A DNA stretch of 64,000 bases, taken from positions 21,490-85,489 of the forward strand of contig CAZIJO010000003.1 in the NCBI GenBank assembly GCA_964539515.1, read 5' to 3'. The translations under genes and the position numbers were made by a program. The notes beneath the pieces are model-generated. The model was not told the DNA's origin and searched no databases. It was given only the letters and a program-made list of their open reading frames with translations. Positions 38,701 through 47,316 of the stretch are shown piece after piece. The stretch comes from an uncultured Bifidobacterium sp. GTDB taxonomy: Bacteria > Verrucomicrobiota > Verrucomicrobiia > Limisphaerales > JADLHS01. The first letter of the stretch is position 1. The number at the start of each line of letters is the position of its first letter.

Positions 38701-40025
38701 TCGATGCCGATGGGATTCCGTTGTATCAACCAAACGGTGAACCGGTCACCGTGACGGCGGAATTCGCGAGTGCCGCCGTGCTTCAGCAACTTTACAACAA
38801 CAGCCAGGACGTGCCGCTCAACCCCGACACCGGTTATCGTATCGGCGGCGGTGGCAGATTCACCCTCCGGGCCAACAACCTCGACCTGGGCGCGACGGTT
38901 GGCATCGTGTCCCAGGGCCCGCGCGCCAATGCCCGACTGGCAAACCTTTTCACGGAGGGCGCGGACATCAATGTATTCCTGACCGGCAACCTCGACATGT
39001 TTTCCACCAAGATTGCGTCGCTGAATGGCGGTGAGATCAATGTATATGCGGACGGCCATGTCAGCGTCGGTTCGCGCACCTTCACGACGAGTGGCCAGGC
39101 GGCCCGCGGCATTTTTACGGTGGACGAGAGCGACATCACCGTCATCGCGCGTGGCGACATCAACGTGAACGGCTCGCGCATTGCGGCCTACGACGGCGGC
39201 CATGTGCTGGTGCGGTCGCTGGAAGGGGATGTGGACGCGGGCACGGGCGGGGGAGGCGCGGCGACCGTGGAGAAGATTTACGTGGACCCGGTCACCCGGG
39301 CCATTCAGACTTACGCACCGACGATACCCGGCAGCGGCATTCTGGCGACCACCTTTCCGCCATCGCAGGATTCTGCATTTCCCCGTTCGCTCAACACTGT
39401 GGGGGACATTGTCGTCGAAACGCCCCAAGGCAACATCATCGCGAGTTCGGGCGGCATTGTGCAGATCCCGCTCAACGGCGTGGGCAGCAGCCTCGGCACG
39501 GTCACGCTGCGCGCGGGAACGCAGGATGAGCGCGGCAATGTGATTTATCGCGGCAACATTGACGCGAGCGGTTCGGGCGTCATTGGCAGCACGGTGAAGT
39601 TGGAAGCGAGTGGCGACATCAAGGGGTTGGTCTTTGCGCGGGACAACCTGGACATTGAGGCCAATCAGAGCGTGAACGTAACCGCCCTGGCCGTGGGCAG
39701 CGCCAACGTCAGCGCCGGTGACACCATCTCGGGAACGATCATTGGCGTCGGCAGTGTCAACGCCAGCGGGTCGAGCGTGGATGCGTCGCTGCTGTCCCAG
39801 AACGTGACCGCCAGCGGCGACGTGACTTCTTCGCAGGTTGGCTTTGCCCAGGCCAACGTGGCGGCAACCACCAGCCAGGGTTTGCAGTCGGACGACAGCG
39901 CGAAAGAAGCTGCCGCCGGTGAAAAGCAGGACGAGGAAGACGAGTTGAAGAAGAATCGTCCCGGCCCGCGTATCGCCAAAACCACCGGCCGCGTCACGGT
40001 GATTCTGCCCGAGAAAAAATCCTGA
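35769..40025 (+). CDS. filamentous-haemagglutinin-like exoprotein (TpsA)
   Basis: ANPNG after the signal peptide; TPS domain ILNWQSFNI...NRI...SQIYG.L.ANG.V.LMNQNG; Gly/Ser/Asn-rich beta-helix repeats; starts 1 nt after the tpsB stop. Confidence 0.92.
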   Translation: MKTIEPKNLKDARPHPVPLPRGEGGPISVNESSGRLGCIRRQIIRQGGSHQQTGDVSNGKTRREFLPLLGERAGVRAGVVTNLIRVFSVTVAFLITTNVLANPNGLSVQSGNASVTVNGNQYHITASHNAILNWQSFNIAAGETTRFIQPSASSVVWNRIHDASPSQIYGNLAANGVVVLMNQNGFYFGPNSFVSAAGLIVSTAPFVPAESGGGLFWQFTGPAPGASIINYGQFSVGQGGSAFLIAETIENHGSITAPGGSIGLIAGQEILLSERPDGRGLSASVTLPTGAVNNSGDLIADAGTIALNARVVNQHGLVQANSIRERNGIIELIASDSLTLGQDSIVSASGDSVGVSAGGAIVIKSAGTFADETGSQIEVRGGSLGGDGGFAEVSAPLMDSIESQIDGRAAVGYRGGRLLIDPQDIVIGFSGGTLGSGTVGANDPPVPGTLNLDVNSSFLGFSQIILQATRNITLASGVTWDLVASTGLSEPGSLLKLEAGNNITLSSGASILAGENWSVTLQAGRDFSLADSVIAGTGNILFSGTGSLQAQNGNISLLAGNNLSVGSGHVRTIGGGRISAHAVGGSINTGTKANGFIFVPTGSGYNVSADLGGISTASGGDVSLTAGLDVLSYLPIAGGVQTDAGSGAFGAAPGNVTITAGRDVGGHFVVRNGVGSITAGRNAGLATRLLALSLVSGGWTVNAANDILLQEVRNPNGVFNNLGSSTSPNRHRFDYAANAYTILNGGHSVQLRGTALPRYLDVFSQGIPAIYPGLLEITAGAGGVVLGNDVILFPAPNGNLSIATTDGGSLFGTRAGDLTQLVFSDSGKTQYRAFGDFGIADRSGNLLHLNDPVPVTLDIAGDMDGILLGVPKRAEISIGGNMVNSRFDGQNLRATDETRITVAGNIINRNEFTTVASPQPNFRLFDPLLDLIYPPLTGGAAGVQNQFIYNPTTGELTFQGRMTGEQLQALLNLTVRAFDADGIPLYQPNGEPVTVTAEFASAAVLQQLYNNSQDVPLNPDTGYRIGGGGRFTLRANNLDLGATVGIVSQGPRANARLANLFTEGADINVFLTGNLDMFSTKIASLNGGEINVYADGHVSVGSRTFTTSGQAARGIFTVDESDITVIARGDINVNGSRIAAYDGGHVLVRSLEGDVDAGTGGGGAATVEKIYVDPVTRAIQTYAPTIPGSGILATTFPPSQDSAFPRSLNTVGDIVVETPQGNIIASSGGIVQIPLNGVGSSLGTVTLRAGTQDERGNVIYRGNIDASGSGVIGSTVKLEASGDIKGLVFARDNLDIEANQSVNVTALAVGSANVSAGDTISGTIIGVGSVNASGSSVDASLLSQNVTASGDVTSSQVGFAQANVAATTSQGLQSDDSAKEAAAGEKQDEEDELKKNRPGPRIAKTTGRVTVILPEKKS
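35805..35999. mobile_element. 195-bp MITE/REP-like element inserted in frame in the tpsA 5' end
   Basis: 37-nt inverted units cgccctcaccccgtccctctccctcggggagagggag and its near reverse complement ending ...cggggtaagggcg; length is exactly 65 codons. Confidence 0.8.
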
Positions 40026-40056
40026 GCCACTACCGCAATCCATTTCCAAAACCTCT

Positions 40057-40869
40057 ATGCTAACCGAAACCCTCCTCACTCCCATGTTCGCCTCGGGCGC
40101 GCTCCAGTTCGCGTTCGAAAAAGCCACGCTCGAAGGCAAGCTCACCATCGGCGCGCTCGTCATCGTGTCGCTGTTCAGTTGGTCGGTCATTATTACCAAA
40201 ATCCTCCAACTCTGGCGCGCGAGCCGGGTGTCGAAAAGGTTCTTTGACGCCTATCACGAGACGCGCGACCCGCTGGAGTTGCAGCGCAAGGGGCTGAAGT
40301 TCGATGGCGCGCCGGCTTACGAATTGTACGAGGCCGGGCAAAAGGAACTTCAGTTCCAAATCACGAAACATCCCGTGGTCGTGAAGGGCGAGGCCAGGAT
40401 TACCCAGGCCAGTTTTGATTCGGTGCGGGTCTCACTGGAAGAAGCCGCGATGCACGAGGCGCTCGCGCTGGAGAAGGGGATGATTGTGCTGTCCACGGCC
40501 GTGGCGGGCGGGCCGTTCATTGGTTTGCTCGGCACTGTCTGGGGCGTCATGGAGACTTTCTCCGGCATCGCGAAGGCAAATTCCGCCAGCCTCACTGCTA
40601 TGGCACCCGGTGTCGCGGGCGCGTTGATTGCCACGGTCATTGGCCTGCTGGTCGCGATTCCCGCGATGTTCGCCTACAACTTCATGGTGACGCGGATTCG
40701 CGCGTTCACACAGGAACTGGACGCGTTTGCCATCCGGTTCGCCACGCAGATCGAACACACCTACGTGGACGCGCGGCCCATCGGCGAGGAGGTTTCCGAA
40801 GCCATCACCCGCGCCATTCGCAAGGAGGGCTATGATGCCAACACCGTCATTCAGGCGGCGCATATATGA
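40057..40869 (+). CDS. exbB: MotA/TolQ/ExbB proton channel protein
   Basis: AGGPFIGLLGTVWGVMETF, APGVAGALIATVIGLLVAIPA. Confidence 0.93.
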   Translation: MLTETLLTPMFASGALQFAFEKATLEGKLTIGALVIVSLFSWSVIITKILQLWRASRVSKRFFDAYHETRDPLELQRKGLKFDGAPAYELYEAGQKELQFQITKHPVVVKGEARITQASFDSVRVSLEEAAMHEALALEKGMIVLSTAVAGGPFIGLLGTVWGVMETFSGIAKANSASLTAMAPGVAGALIATVIGLLVAIPAMFAYNFMVTRIRAFTQELDAFAIRFATQIEHTYVDARPIGEEVSEAITRAIRKEGYDANTVIQAAHI

Positions 40870-41279
40870 GAAAGTGCTCCAAGAGCTTGCATCAGTCGCT
40901 GACGGAGCTGAATATCACTCCGTTGCTCGATCTCGCGTTCGTGTTGCTGGTGATTTTCATCATCACCACAACCCCCATTGTGAACGATCTGGATTTGAAC
41001 CTGCCGACGGCATCGAAGAAGCAAAAGGATTCACCGCCCAAAGCGAACTACGTGACGGTGGACGCGGCGGGCACGATTCACCTGAACAAGCAGCAGGTCA
41101 CACTCGAAGGATTGCTCTCGGAACTCATCCAGTTGCGCGTGGACGACCCGGATTTGAGTGTCATTGTCCGCGGTGACAGCAAGACGAAGTACCGGCACAT
41201 CGTGACCGTGATGGATGCCCTGCAACAGGCCAACGTCGTGAAAGTGGATCTGGCCACCGAGCCGAACGGAAAGAACTGA
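40866..41279 (+). CDS. exbD: biopolymer transporter ExbD
   Basis: ELNITPLLDLAFVLLVIFIITTP, IVRGD, VMDAL. Confidence 0.93.
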   Translation: MRKCSKSLHQSLTELNITPLLDLAFVLLVIFIITTTPIVNDLDLNLPTASKKQKDSPPKANYVTVDAAGTIHLNKQQVTLEGLLSELIQLRVDDPDLSVIVRGDSKTKYRHIVTVMDALQQANVVKVDLATEPNGKN

Positions 41280-41283
41280 GCAA

Positions 41284-41967
41284 ATGGCGGATCGTCGAAA
41301 AGAGCAACGCGCGTCGCGATTGAGTGTCGTGATTTCCCTGGGGTTCCACGCCGTCATCATTGGTGGCTTGGTGTTCATCGCGGCCCGCGAGGGTATGCTT
41401 GGCAAGGAACTCAAAAAGATTGCCGTGACGATGGTGCCAAAGGAAAAGCCGCCGGAGGAAAAGCCCAAGGAAAAAGAACCGGAACCCAAGCCGCCCGTGG
41501 AAGAACCAAAACCGGAGCAAACCAAGCCGGTGGAAACCGCGCCCCAAATTGCCAAGCCCACCGCCACACCCCCGCCGGCCGCCTCCGTGGCCGTCCCGGC
41601 CGCCGCTCCCGCGCCGACTGCTTTGCCGGCGTTCGCTTTCGAGGGCGGCAAGCAAGTTGAGACTACGGCCGACCCTGATTTGATCTACAAAGGATTTGTC
41701 GAATACACGCTGCGCTCCCGCTGGAGCCGGCCCGAGGGAATTGATGACGCCAAATTCGTCGCCGAGGTGGAATTGGCGTTAGACAGCTCAGGACGCGTGC
41801 AGGGGACAACCTGGAAGAAAGGTTCCGGAAATTCGGCTTGGGATGCCTCCGTGAGGAGGGTGTTGGCAGCGACGGCCAACATCGGCCGTCCGCCGCCGAA
41901 GGGCTTTCCCGCGCAAGTGCTCGTCCGGTTTGATGTGCAGACCGTTGAGGAGATCGGAATCGAATGA
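41284..41967 (+). CDS. tonB: TonB/TolA-like energy transducer
   Basis: N-terminal TM with SLGFH (SxxxH-type motif), Pro/Lys/Glu-rich spacer, C-terminal W.RP...G.V...SG...WD.SV domain. Confidence 0.85.
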   Translation: MADRRKEQRASRLSVVISLGFHAVIIGGLVFIAAREGMLGKELKKIAVTMVPKEKPPEEKPKEKEPEPKPPVEEPKPEQTKPVETAPQIAKPTATPPPAASVAVPAAAPAPTALPAFAFEGGKQVETTADPDLIYKGFVEYTLRSRWSRPEGIDDAKFVAEVELALDSSGRVQGTTWKKGSGNSAWDASVRRVLAATANIGRPPPKGFPAQVLVRFDVQTVEEIGIE

Positions 41968-42404
41968 AAAAGCGGCGCGCGTTCAGAAAAGTTCACCGTG
42001 AAGGCCACGGCTCGCTGAACGAGTTGAACATCACGCCGCTGCTCGACTTGGTGTTCGTGCTGCTGGTGATTTTCATCATCACGACCCCGCAGTTGACCAA
42101 CAGCCTCGAGATCAATCTGCCCTCCGGCAAACCGCCGCCACCGAAAGCTGACGCGCCCAAGCCGAAGGTCAACCGTATCATCGTGGACGATACCGGGCAG
42201 GCATTCTTTAATCGCGAACCGTTAACGATCCCCGCGCTAAAAACAAAGTTGCAGCAGATGAAAACCGCCGATCCGGAGTTGGGCGTGGTCGTCGAGGGTT
42301 CGGAGGAAGTGGATTATCAAAACATGATCAACGTGCTGGATGTGTTGCAGCAATTGGACATCACCAAGGTTGGGCTTGCGACGGAGGCCGCATCGAATCC
42401 GTAA
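41964..42404 (+). CDS. exbD: second ExbD/TolR
   Basis: ELNITPLLDLVFVLLVIFIITTP, VLDVLQQLDITKVGL. Confidence 0.92.
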   Translation: MKKRRAFRKVHREGHGSLNELNITPLLDLVFVLLVIFIITTPQLTNSLEINLPSGKPPPPKADAPKPKVNRIIVDDTGQAFFNREPLTIPALKTKLQQMKTADPELGVVVEGSEEVDYQNMINVLDVLQQLDITKVGLATEAASNP

Positions 42405-42461
42405 GGAGCTGACTGGTTTCCAGCGCACAGCTTGCGGCCCGCTACATTCTAGGATTGTGCG

Positions 42462-42484
42462 GTAAACAAGTAAAAAGTTAGTCT
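42462..42484 (+). promoter_or_regulatory. possible second Rrf2-type site upstream of cysT
   Basis: GTAAACAAGTAAAAAGTTAGTCT matches the yezD-proximal site TTGACTTAGTAGAGATTAAGTCT at 14/23 positions; AT-rich patch in a GC-rich background. Confidence 0.35.
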
Positions 42485-42499
42485 GTGCGCCGCACTCGG

Positions 42500-43327
42500 A
42501 TGGAACAAAAGAAATTCAATGTCATGCCCGGCTTCGGTCTGACGATGGGCTTTACGCTCTTCTATTTGAGCGCGATTGTGCTCATTCCCATCGGCGCGAT
42601 CGTGCTCAAGACGCTTGGCATTCCGTGGAGCGAGTTCTGGCGGTTGGCGACGACCGACCGGGCGCTGGCAGCCTACAAACTCACCTTCGGAGCCTCGTTG
42701 GTCGCGGCGTTTGCGAACGCCGTTTTCGGCACGTTGCTTGCCTGGGTGCTGACGCGGTACGAATTTCCCGGACGCCGGTTCATCGATGCCATGGTGGATT
42801 TTCCCTTCGCCCTGCCAACCGCGGTGGCGGGGCTGACCCTGGCCAGCCTTTTCGCGGCCAACGGCTGGCTGGGAAAATACCTGGTGCCGTTGGGAGTCAA
42901 GGGCGCTTTCACCCCGCTGGGGGTCATCATTGCGTTGACCTTCGTCGGAATGCCGTTTGTCGTGCGCACGCTCCAACCGGTGATTGAGAACTTCGAACGC
43001 GAGGTCGAGGAATCGGCCGCGACGCTGGGGGCCGGGCGGCTGCGAACGTTTTTGACCGTGATTGCCCCGTCGCTGCTGCCATCCATCATCACGGGTTTCG
43101 CGCTGGCGTTTGCCCGGGCAATTGGCGAATACGGGTCCATCGTTTTTATTTCCAGCCACCACCGGTACGTGGACGAGATTGTTCCGTTCCTGATTGTCGA
43201 ACACCTGGATCAATTCGAGCATGCCGGGGCCATGACGCTGGCGGTGGTGCTATTGATCTTCTCGTTTGCCTTGCTCGGAGTCATCAATGTGCTCGAACAG
43301 TGGGCCAACAAGTTTGTGAAGGGATGA
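42500..43327 (+). CDS. cysT: sulfate ABC transporter permease CysT
   Basis: PGFGLTMG, DAMVDFPFALPTAVAG, PFVVRTLQPV, EESAATLGA, RAIGEYGS. Confidence 0.95.
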   Translation: MEQKKFNVMPGFGLTMGFTLFYLSAIVLIPIGAIVLKTLGIPWSEFWRLATTDRALAAYKLTFGASLVAAFANAVFGTLLAWVLTRYEFPGRRFIDAMVDFPFALPTAVAGLTLASLFAANGWLGKYLVPLGVKGAFTPLGVIIALTFVGMPFVVRTLQPVIENFEREVEESAATLGAGRLRTFLTVIAPSLLPSIITGFALAFARAIGEYGSIVFISSHHRYVDEIVPFLIVEHLDQFEHAGAMTLAVVLLIFSFALLGVINVLEQWANKFVKG

Positions 43328-43427
43328 GCGCTACTTTTCAAAAGGCTGATCTTTGTCTCCCCGCCGGGTTCAAGTCGCCAGTACTTTGCAGAGTAGATCG
43401 TTTGCGGTCGGATTAACGGACGCTTAA

Positions 43428-44363
43428 ATGGCTGGCATTACCAAAAAACAATGGGCCGGAGGGCGCAAGAAATCGCAACGCGGGACGGAAGAATCCCCGT
43501 TTGCGAAATGGACGCTCATTGCCCTGGCGATGCTGTTTTGCCTGGTTTTTCTGCTCCTGCCGCTGATCAACGTGTTTGCGCAGGCGTTTGCCAAAGGTTG
43601 GACGGCTTACTGGTCCGCGCTGACGCATCCGGATTCCTGGTCGGCGATCAAACTCACCCTGCTGGTGGCGGCGATCAGCGTGCCGTTGAATGTGCTGTTC
43701 GGGCTCGCGGCCGCCTGGGCGATTGCCAAGTTCGAGTTTCGCGGCAAGGCGCTGCTCATCACCTTGATCGATCTGCCCTTCTCGGTTTCGCCGGTGGTGG
43801 CGGGCTTGATGTTCATCGTGTTGTTTGGTCTGCAGGGTTTTTTTGGCGAATGGCTGAACGATCATGACTTCAAAGTCATTTTTGCGGTACCCGGGATTGT
43901 GCTGGCGACGGTGTTCATCACCTTCCCGTTCGTGGCCCGGGAGTTGATCCCCGTGATGCAGGCGACCGGCACGGACCAGGAGCAGGCGGCCCTCACCCTG
44001 GGCGCCAACGGCTGGCAGACTTTCTGGCACGTCACGCTGCCGTCCGTAAAGTGGGGGCTGATCTACGGGATTATTTTGTGCAACGCCCGCGCGATGGGCG
44101 AATTCGGCGCCGTGTCGGTGGTGAGCGGTCACATCACCGGGCAGACGGATACAATGCCTTTGCGGGTGGAGAAACTTTACAACGAGTATCAGGGGCCGGC
44201 GGCTTTCGCCGTCGCCAGTCTCCTGGCGATGCTGGCGCTGGTAACATTGGCTATCAAAACCTTCCTGGAATGGAAGCAGCACCGGGAATTTGAACTCGCC
44301 CAGCAGGCGACGCTGGGGGAGACCGGCGACACGGTTTTCCTGGCGCAACCCAAATCTGAATGA
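43428..44363 (+). CDS. cysW: sulfate ABC transporter permease CysW
   Basis: LIDLPFSVSPVVAG, FPFVARELIP, ARAMGEFGAVSVVSG, TMPLRVE. Confidence 0.95.
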   Translation: MAGITKKQWAGGRKKSQRGTEESPFAKWTLIALAMLFCLVFLLLPLINVFAQAFAKGWTAYWSALTHPDSWSAIKLTLLVAAISVPLNVLFGLAAAWAIAKFEFRGKALLITLIDLPFSVSPVVAGLMFIVLFGLQGFFGEWLNDHDFKVIFAVPGIVLATVFITFPFVARELIPVMQATGTDQEQAALTLGANGWQTFWHVTLPSVKWGLIYGIILCNARAMGEFGAVSVVSGHITGQTDTMPLRVEKLYNEYQGPAAFAVASLLAMLALVTLAIKTFLEWKQHREFELAQQATLGETGDTVFLAQPKSE

Positions 44364-45463
44364 GCATCGAACTGAAAGGCGTCACCAAGAAATTCGGCGA
44401 GGTCACCGCCGTGAATGATGTCAATTTCTCCGTCAACGACGGGGAATTGATGGCCTTGCTGGGGCCCAGCGGCGGCGGCAAGACGACGGTGCTGCGGATG
44501 ATTGCGGGCCTCGAAGTGCCGACCGAAGGGGACATCTTCGTCCGGGGCGAGCGGGTGAACGATGTGCCGGTGCAGAAGCGCAACATCGGGTTCGTCTTTC
44601 AGAGTTACGCGCTGTTCAAGAGCATGACGGTGTTCAAAAACATTGCCTTCGGTCTGAAGATAAAAAAGTGGAAGCCGGCGGAGGCCGAGGCCCGGGTGAT
44701 GGAATTATTGCAACTTTTTGGTCTGGCCGGCCTGGAGAATCGTTATCCGCACCAGCTATCCGGCGGGCAGCGGCAACGCGTGGCCATCGCCCGCTCCCTG
44801 GCGCCCAAGCCCGGCGTGCTGTTGCTGGATGAACCGTTTGGCGCCGTGGACGCAAAGATCCGCCAGGAGTTGCGCGAGTGGCTCGTGACCCTGCACCACG
44901 AGCTGAATGTGACTACGATTTTCGTCACGCACGACCAGGAGGAAGCGATGGAAGTTTCGAATCGCATCGTGATTTTCTCGAAGGGAAATCTCGAACAGAT
45001 CGGGACGCCGCGCGAAGTCTATGAACAACCGGCGAACGAATTCGTGGCGCGCTTTGTAGGTGTAATGAACGTCCTCGACACCGAGGTGTCGGGGGGCGTC
45101 GCCCGGATCAATGAAATGGCGTTTCCGGCCGGTGGTCACGCCGACGGCATGCGCCTGCGGATAGGTTTCCGGCCGTACGCGGTGCAGGTTTCCAATGATC
45201 TGGCCCTGCTTCCCTATCGCGCCGTATTGCGGCACACTTTCTTCCTCGGAATCCTGCTACGGCTCGAATTGGAACTGGCCTCCGGCCTGATCATTCGTAG
45301 CCGTATGACAAAGGAAGAATATGCCCAGCTGGGCCTGGTTGACGGTCGGGAGGTGTCGTTTCAAATCAAAAGTTACCGTGTGCTGGCGAGCGAAGATGCC
45401 CGGCTGGCGCCGGAGTTGGAGGCGACGTACCAAGCCCCGCCAACCATCGGCGAGCACATTTGA
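44360..45463 (+). CDS. cysA: sulfate ABC transporter ATP-binding protein CysA
   Basis: GPSGGGKT Walker A, FVFQSYALF, LSGGQRQRVA, LLLDEPFGA, THDQEEA; TOBE-like tail. Confidence 0.95.
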   Translation: MSIELKGVTKKFGEVTAVNDVNFSVNDGELMALLGPSGGGKTTVLRMIAGLEVPTEGDIFVRGERVNDVPVQKRNIGFVFQSYALFKSMTVFKNIAFGLKIKKWKPAEAEARVMELLQLFGLAGLENRYPHQLSGGQRQRVAIARSLAPKPGVLLLDEPFGAVDAKIRQELREWLVTLHHELNVTTIFVTHDQEEAMEVSNRIVIFSKGNLEQIGTPREVYEQPANEFVARFVGVMNVLDTEVSGGVARINEMAFPAGGHADGMRLRIGFRPYAVQVSNDLALLPYRAVLRHTFFLGILLRLELELASGLIIRSRMTKEEYAQLGLVDGREVSFQIKSYRVLASEDARLAPELEATYQAPPTIGEHI

Positions 45464-45658
45464 GAGTCTCGTGCCCTCCTTCGGCACTTTTTGGTTGCCG
45501 ACAGGATTTTCGGAGCTCATCCCGTTTGACAGCGGGAGGGCGCGCCGAGGCGAACTGTGGCGGAGGGTTGCTACGCGGGCTGGGGTGTCGGCCGGCAACC
45601 TGGGCTACGTGCTGCCGAACATCGCAAACTTCCCGAACCCTATTGGTTTCATGTTGCC

Positions 45659-46258
45659 TTGAAGCGTTTTGGGCTCATTGCTTGCGCGACCTTGCTCGCG
45701 GTCATCCTCTGGCTGGGCATTCCGCTGCGCGAAGAGTCCACCCAGTCGCGGAGCGTGTCTCCGCCCGAAAGCGATCCCATGGCCGGCGCGGTCGCCGTCA
45801 CCACCGTGCCCACCCCGGGCGCAGTTGGTTCCGGACCGGTGGCGCCATTGTTGGGCGAGACCATCCTGCGGGACTATGCCAATTCCAATCTCCCGCCGGC
45901 GAACGATCTCACCCTGATGTCACGCTTGATGGAGAACTCCTTGCTCCTGCTGAAGTCCGCCGGGAATCGACCGTTAAGTGCGAATGAAGACTGGGCGGAA
46001 CTGTTGCGGGGCCAGAACGGCGCTGGCGAGCGATTTCTGCCGGACCGGCACCCCGCGCTGGCCCCCGACGGGAAACTGGTGGATCGCTGGGGCACGCCGT
46101 TGTTCATCCACGCGCTGGGGGGCGGCCGTTTTGAACTCCGTTCGGGAGGGCCGGACCAGCGGCTTTGGACGGCGGATGACATTCATCGAAATGCGGACGG
46201 CTCCTTTCGCCGCGGCGCAAGCTTGAATGCGGACAGCTTGCTGCCTCCGGTTTATTGA
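45659..46258 (+). CDS. hypothetical membrane-anchored protein with GspG-like C-terminal motif
   Basis: N-terminal TM; LVDRWGTPL...ELRSGGPDQRLWTADD. Start uncertain (ORF open from 45557). Confidence 0.65.
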   Translation: MKRFGLIACATLLAVILWLGIPLREESTQSRSVSPPESDPMAGAVAVTTVPTPGAVGSGPVAPLLGETILRDYANSNLPPANDLTLMSRLMENSLLLLKSAGNRPLSANEDWAELLRGQNGAGERFLPDRHPALAPDGKLVDRWGTPLFIHALGGGRFELRSGGPDQRLWTADDIHRNADGSFRRGASLNADSLLPPVY

Positions 46259-47115
46259 CCCGCAAGGCCCTGCAAGTAGGCGAAGATCAGTTTCGGCAGC
46301 TCGCGGCTGTAACCACCTTCCAGCAGGCTGAACATGGGCACGCCGATTTGGCGTAACTCCGTCCCTAGCCAGTGAAAATCATCCTCTTCGAGCGACCCTT
46401 GCGCCAACGGATCTCGCACATAAGCGTCAAAGCCGGCGGAGACCGCGATTAATTCCGGGCGGAACGACTTCAAGTCCGACAAGGCGTGCGCCAATCGCTG
46501 GCGGTATTCACCGCGCGGCGAATGTGGGGCCACCGGATAGTTGAAGCAATTGTTACCGACGTGGGCCGCGCCCGTGCCGGGGTAGCAGGGGTGCTCGTGA
46601 ATGGAAAAAAACGCCGCGCCCGGATGATTCACCAGAATGTCCTCCGTCCCGTTGCCGTGATGGACATCAAAGTCGAAGACGGCAATGCGTTTGGTCCCGC
46701 TGGCCAGGGCCTGCAACGCCGCGATGGCGACGCTGTTCAGGTAGCAGAATCCCATGACCTCGTTCCGGGTGGCATGATGCCCCGGGGGACGCATGAGACT
46801 GAAAACGGCTTCGCCTTTGCGGGCAAATGCGAGGGCGAGCAACGCTGCGCCGGCCGCGTTGCGGGCCAGGGTCTCAATCTCCGGAAAGAACGAGGTGTCG
46901 GCATCGAAATCGCGGGGAACGCGGAGACGGGCAATGTACTCGGGGGTGTGCGCGCGGAGGATGGCTTCATCATTGGCGGGCGTGGGCGATACCCAGGTCA
47001 ACGGGAGTTCCGTTTGGTCGCGCAACAACTCCTGTGTCAGGGCAACCCGGGCCGGGCGTTCGGGATGACCCGGGCGGTGATAGCTCGTGCAGTTTTGGTC
47101 CGTGATGATCGTCAC
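46252..47115 (-). CDS. histone deacetylase family protein
   Basis: HPERPAR, RPPGHHA, GFCYLN, DFDVHHGNGT, SAGFDAY, LEGGY. Confidence 0.94.
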   Translation of the reverse strand: MTIITDQNCTSYHRPGHPERPARVALTQELLRDQTELPLTWVSPTPANDEAILRAHTPEYIARLRVPRDFDADTSFFPEIETLARNAAGAALLALAFARKGEAVFSLMRPPGHHATRNEVMGFCYLNSVAIAALQALASGTKRIAVFDFDVHHGNGTEDILVNHPGAAFFSIHEHPCYPGTGAAHVGNNCFNYPVAPHSPRGEYRQRLAHALSDLKSFRPELIAVSAGFDAYVRDPLAQGSLEEDDFHWLGTELRQIGVPMFSLLEGGYSRELPKLIFAYLQGLAGQ

Positions 47116-47316
47116 GCGAAAAATTTAACCACGGACGCGGCTGGAAAGACACGGATTATTTGACTCCCCACTGGCGGTCGGACCAGTGATTGGGCGGGTA
47201 GGAAAGCTGATCGTGTTCGCTTCGGGGCTGAGGTCGGCGCTCCCGGCGGCGCACGATTTGAATTTTTCTTTTCCCGCCCCGTCGTTACATTTGCCAACGC
47301 TGGATTTTATTACGCC

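Noticed and set aside
35769-40025. Contact-dependent inhibition (CdiA) toxin interpretation of tpsA
   Set aside because: No VENN or toxin domain and no small immunity ORF; the next gene is exbB.
37362-40199. 945-aa antisense ORF opposite tpsA (and similar long shadow ORFs, e.g. 33282-34712, 52117-53361, 1720-2859)
   Set aside because: Entirely overlap well-supported genes on the opposite strand, have Arg/His/Val-rich composition without motifs, and are expected from high-GC codon bias.
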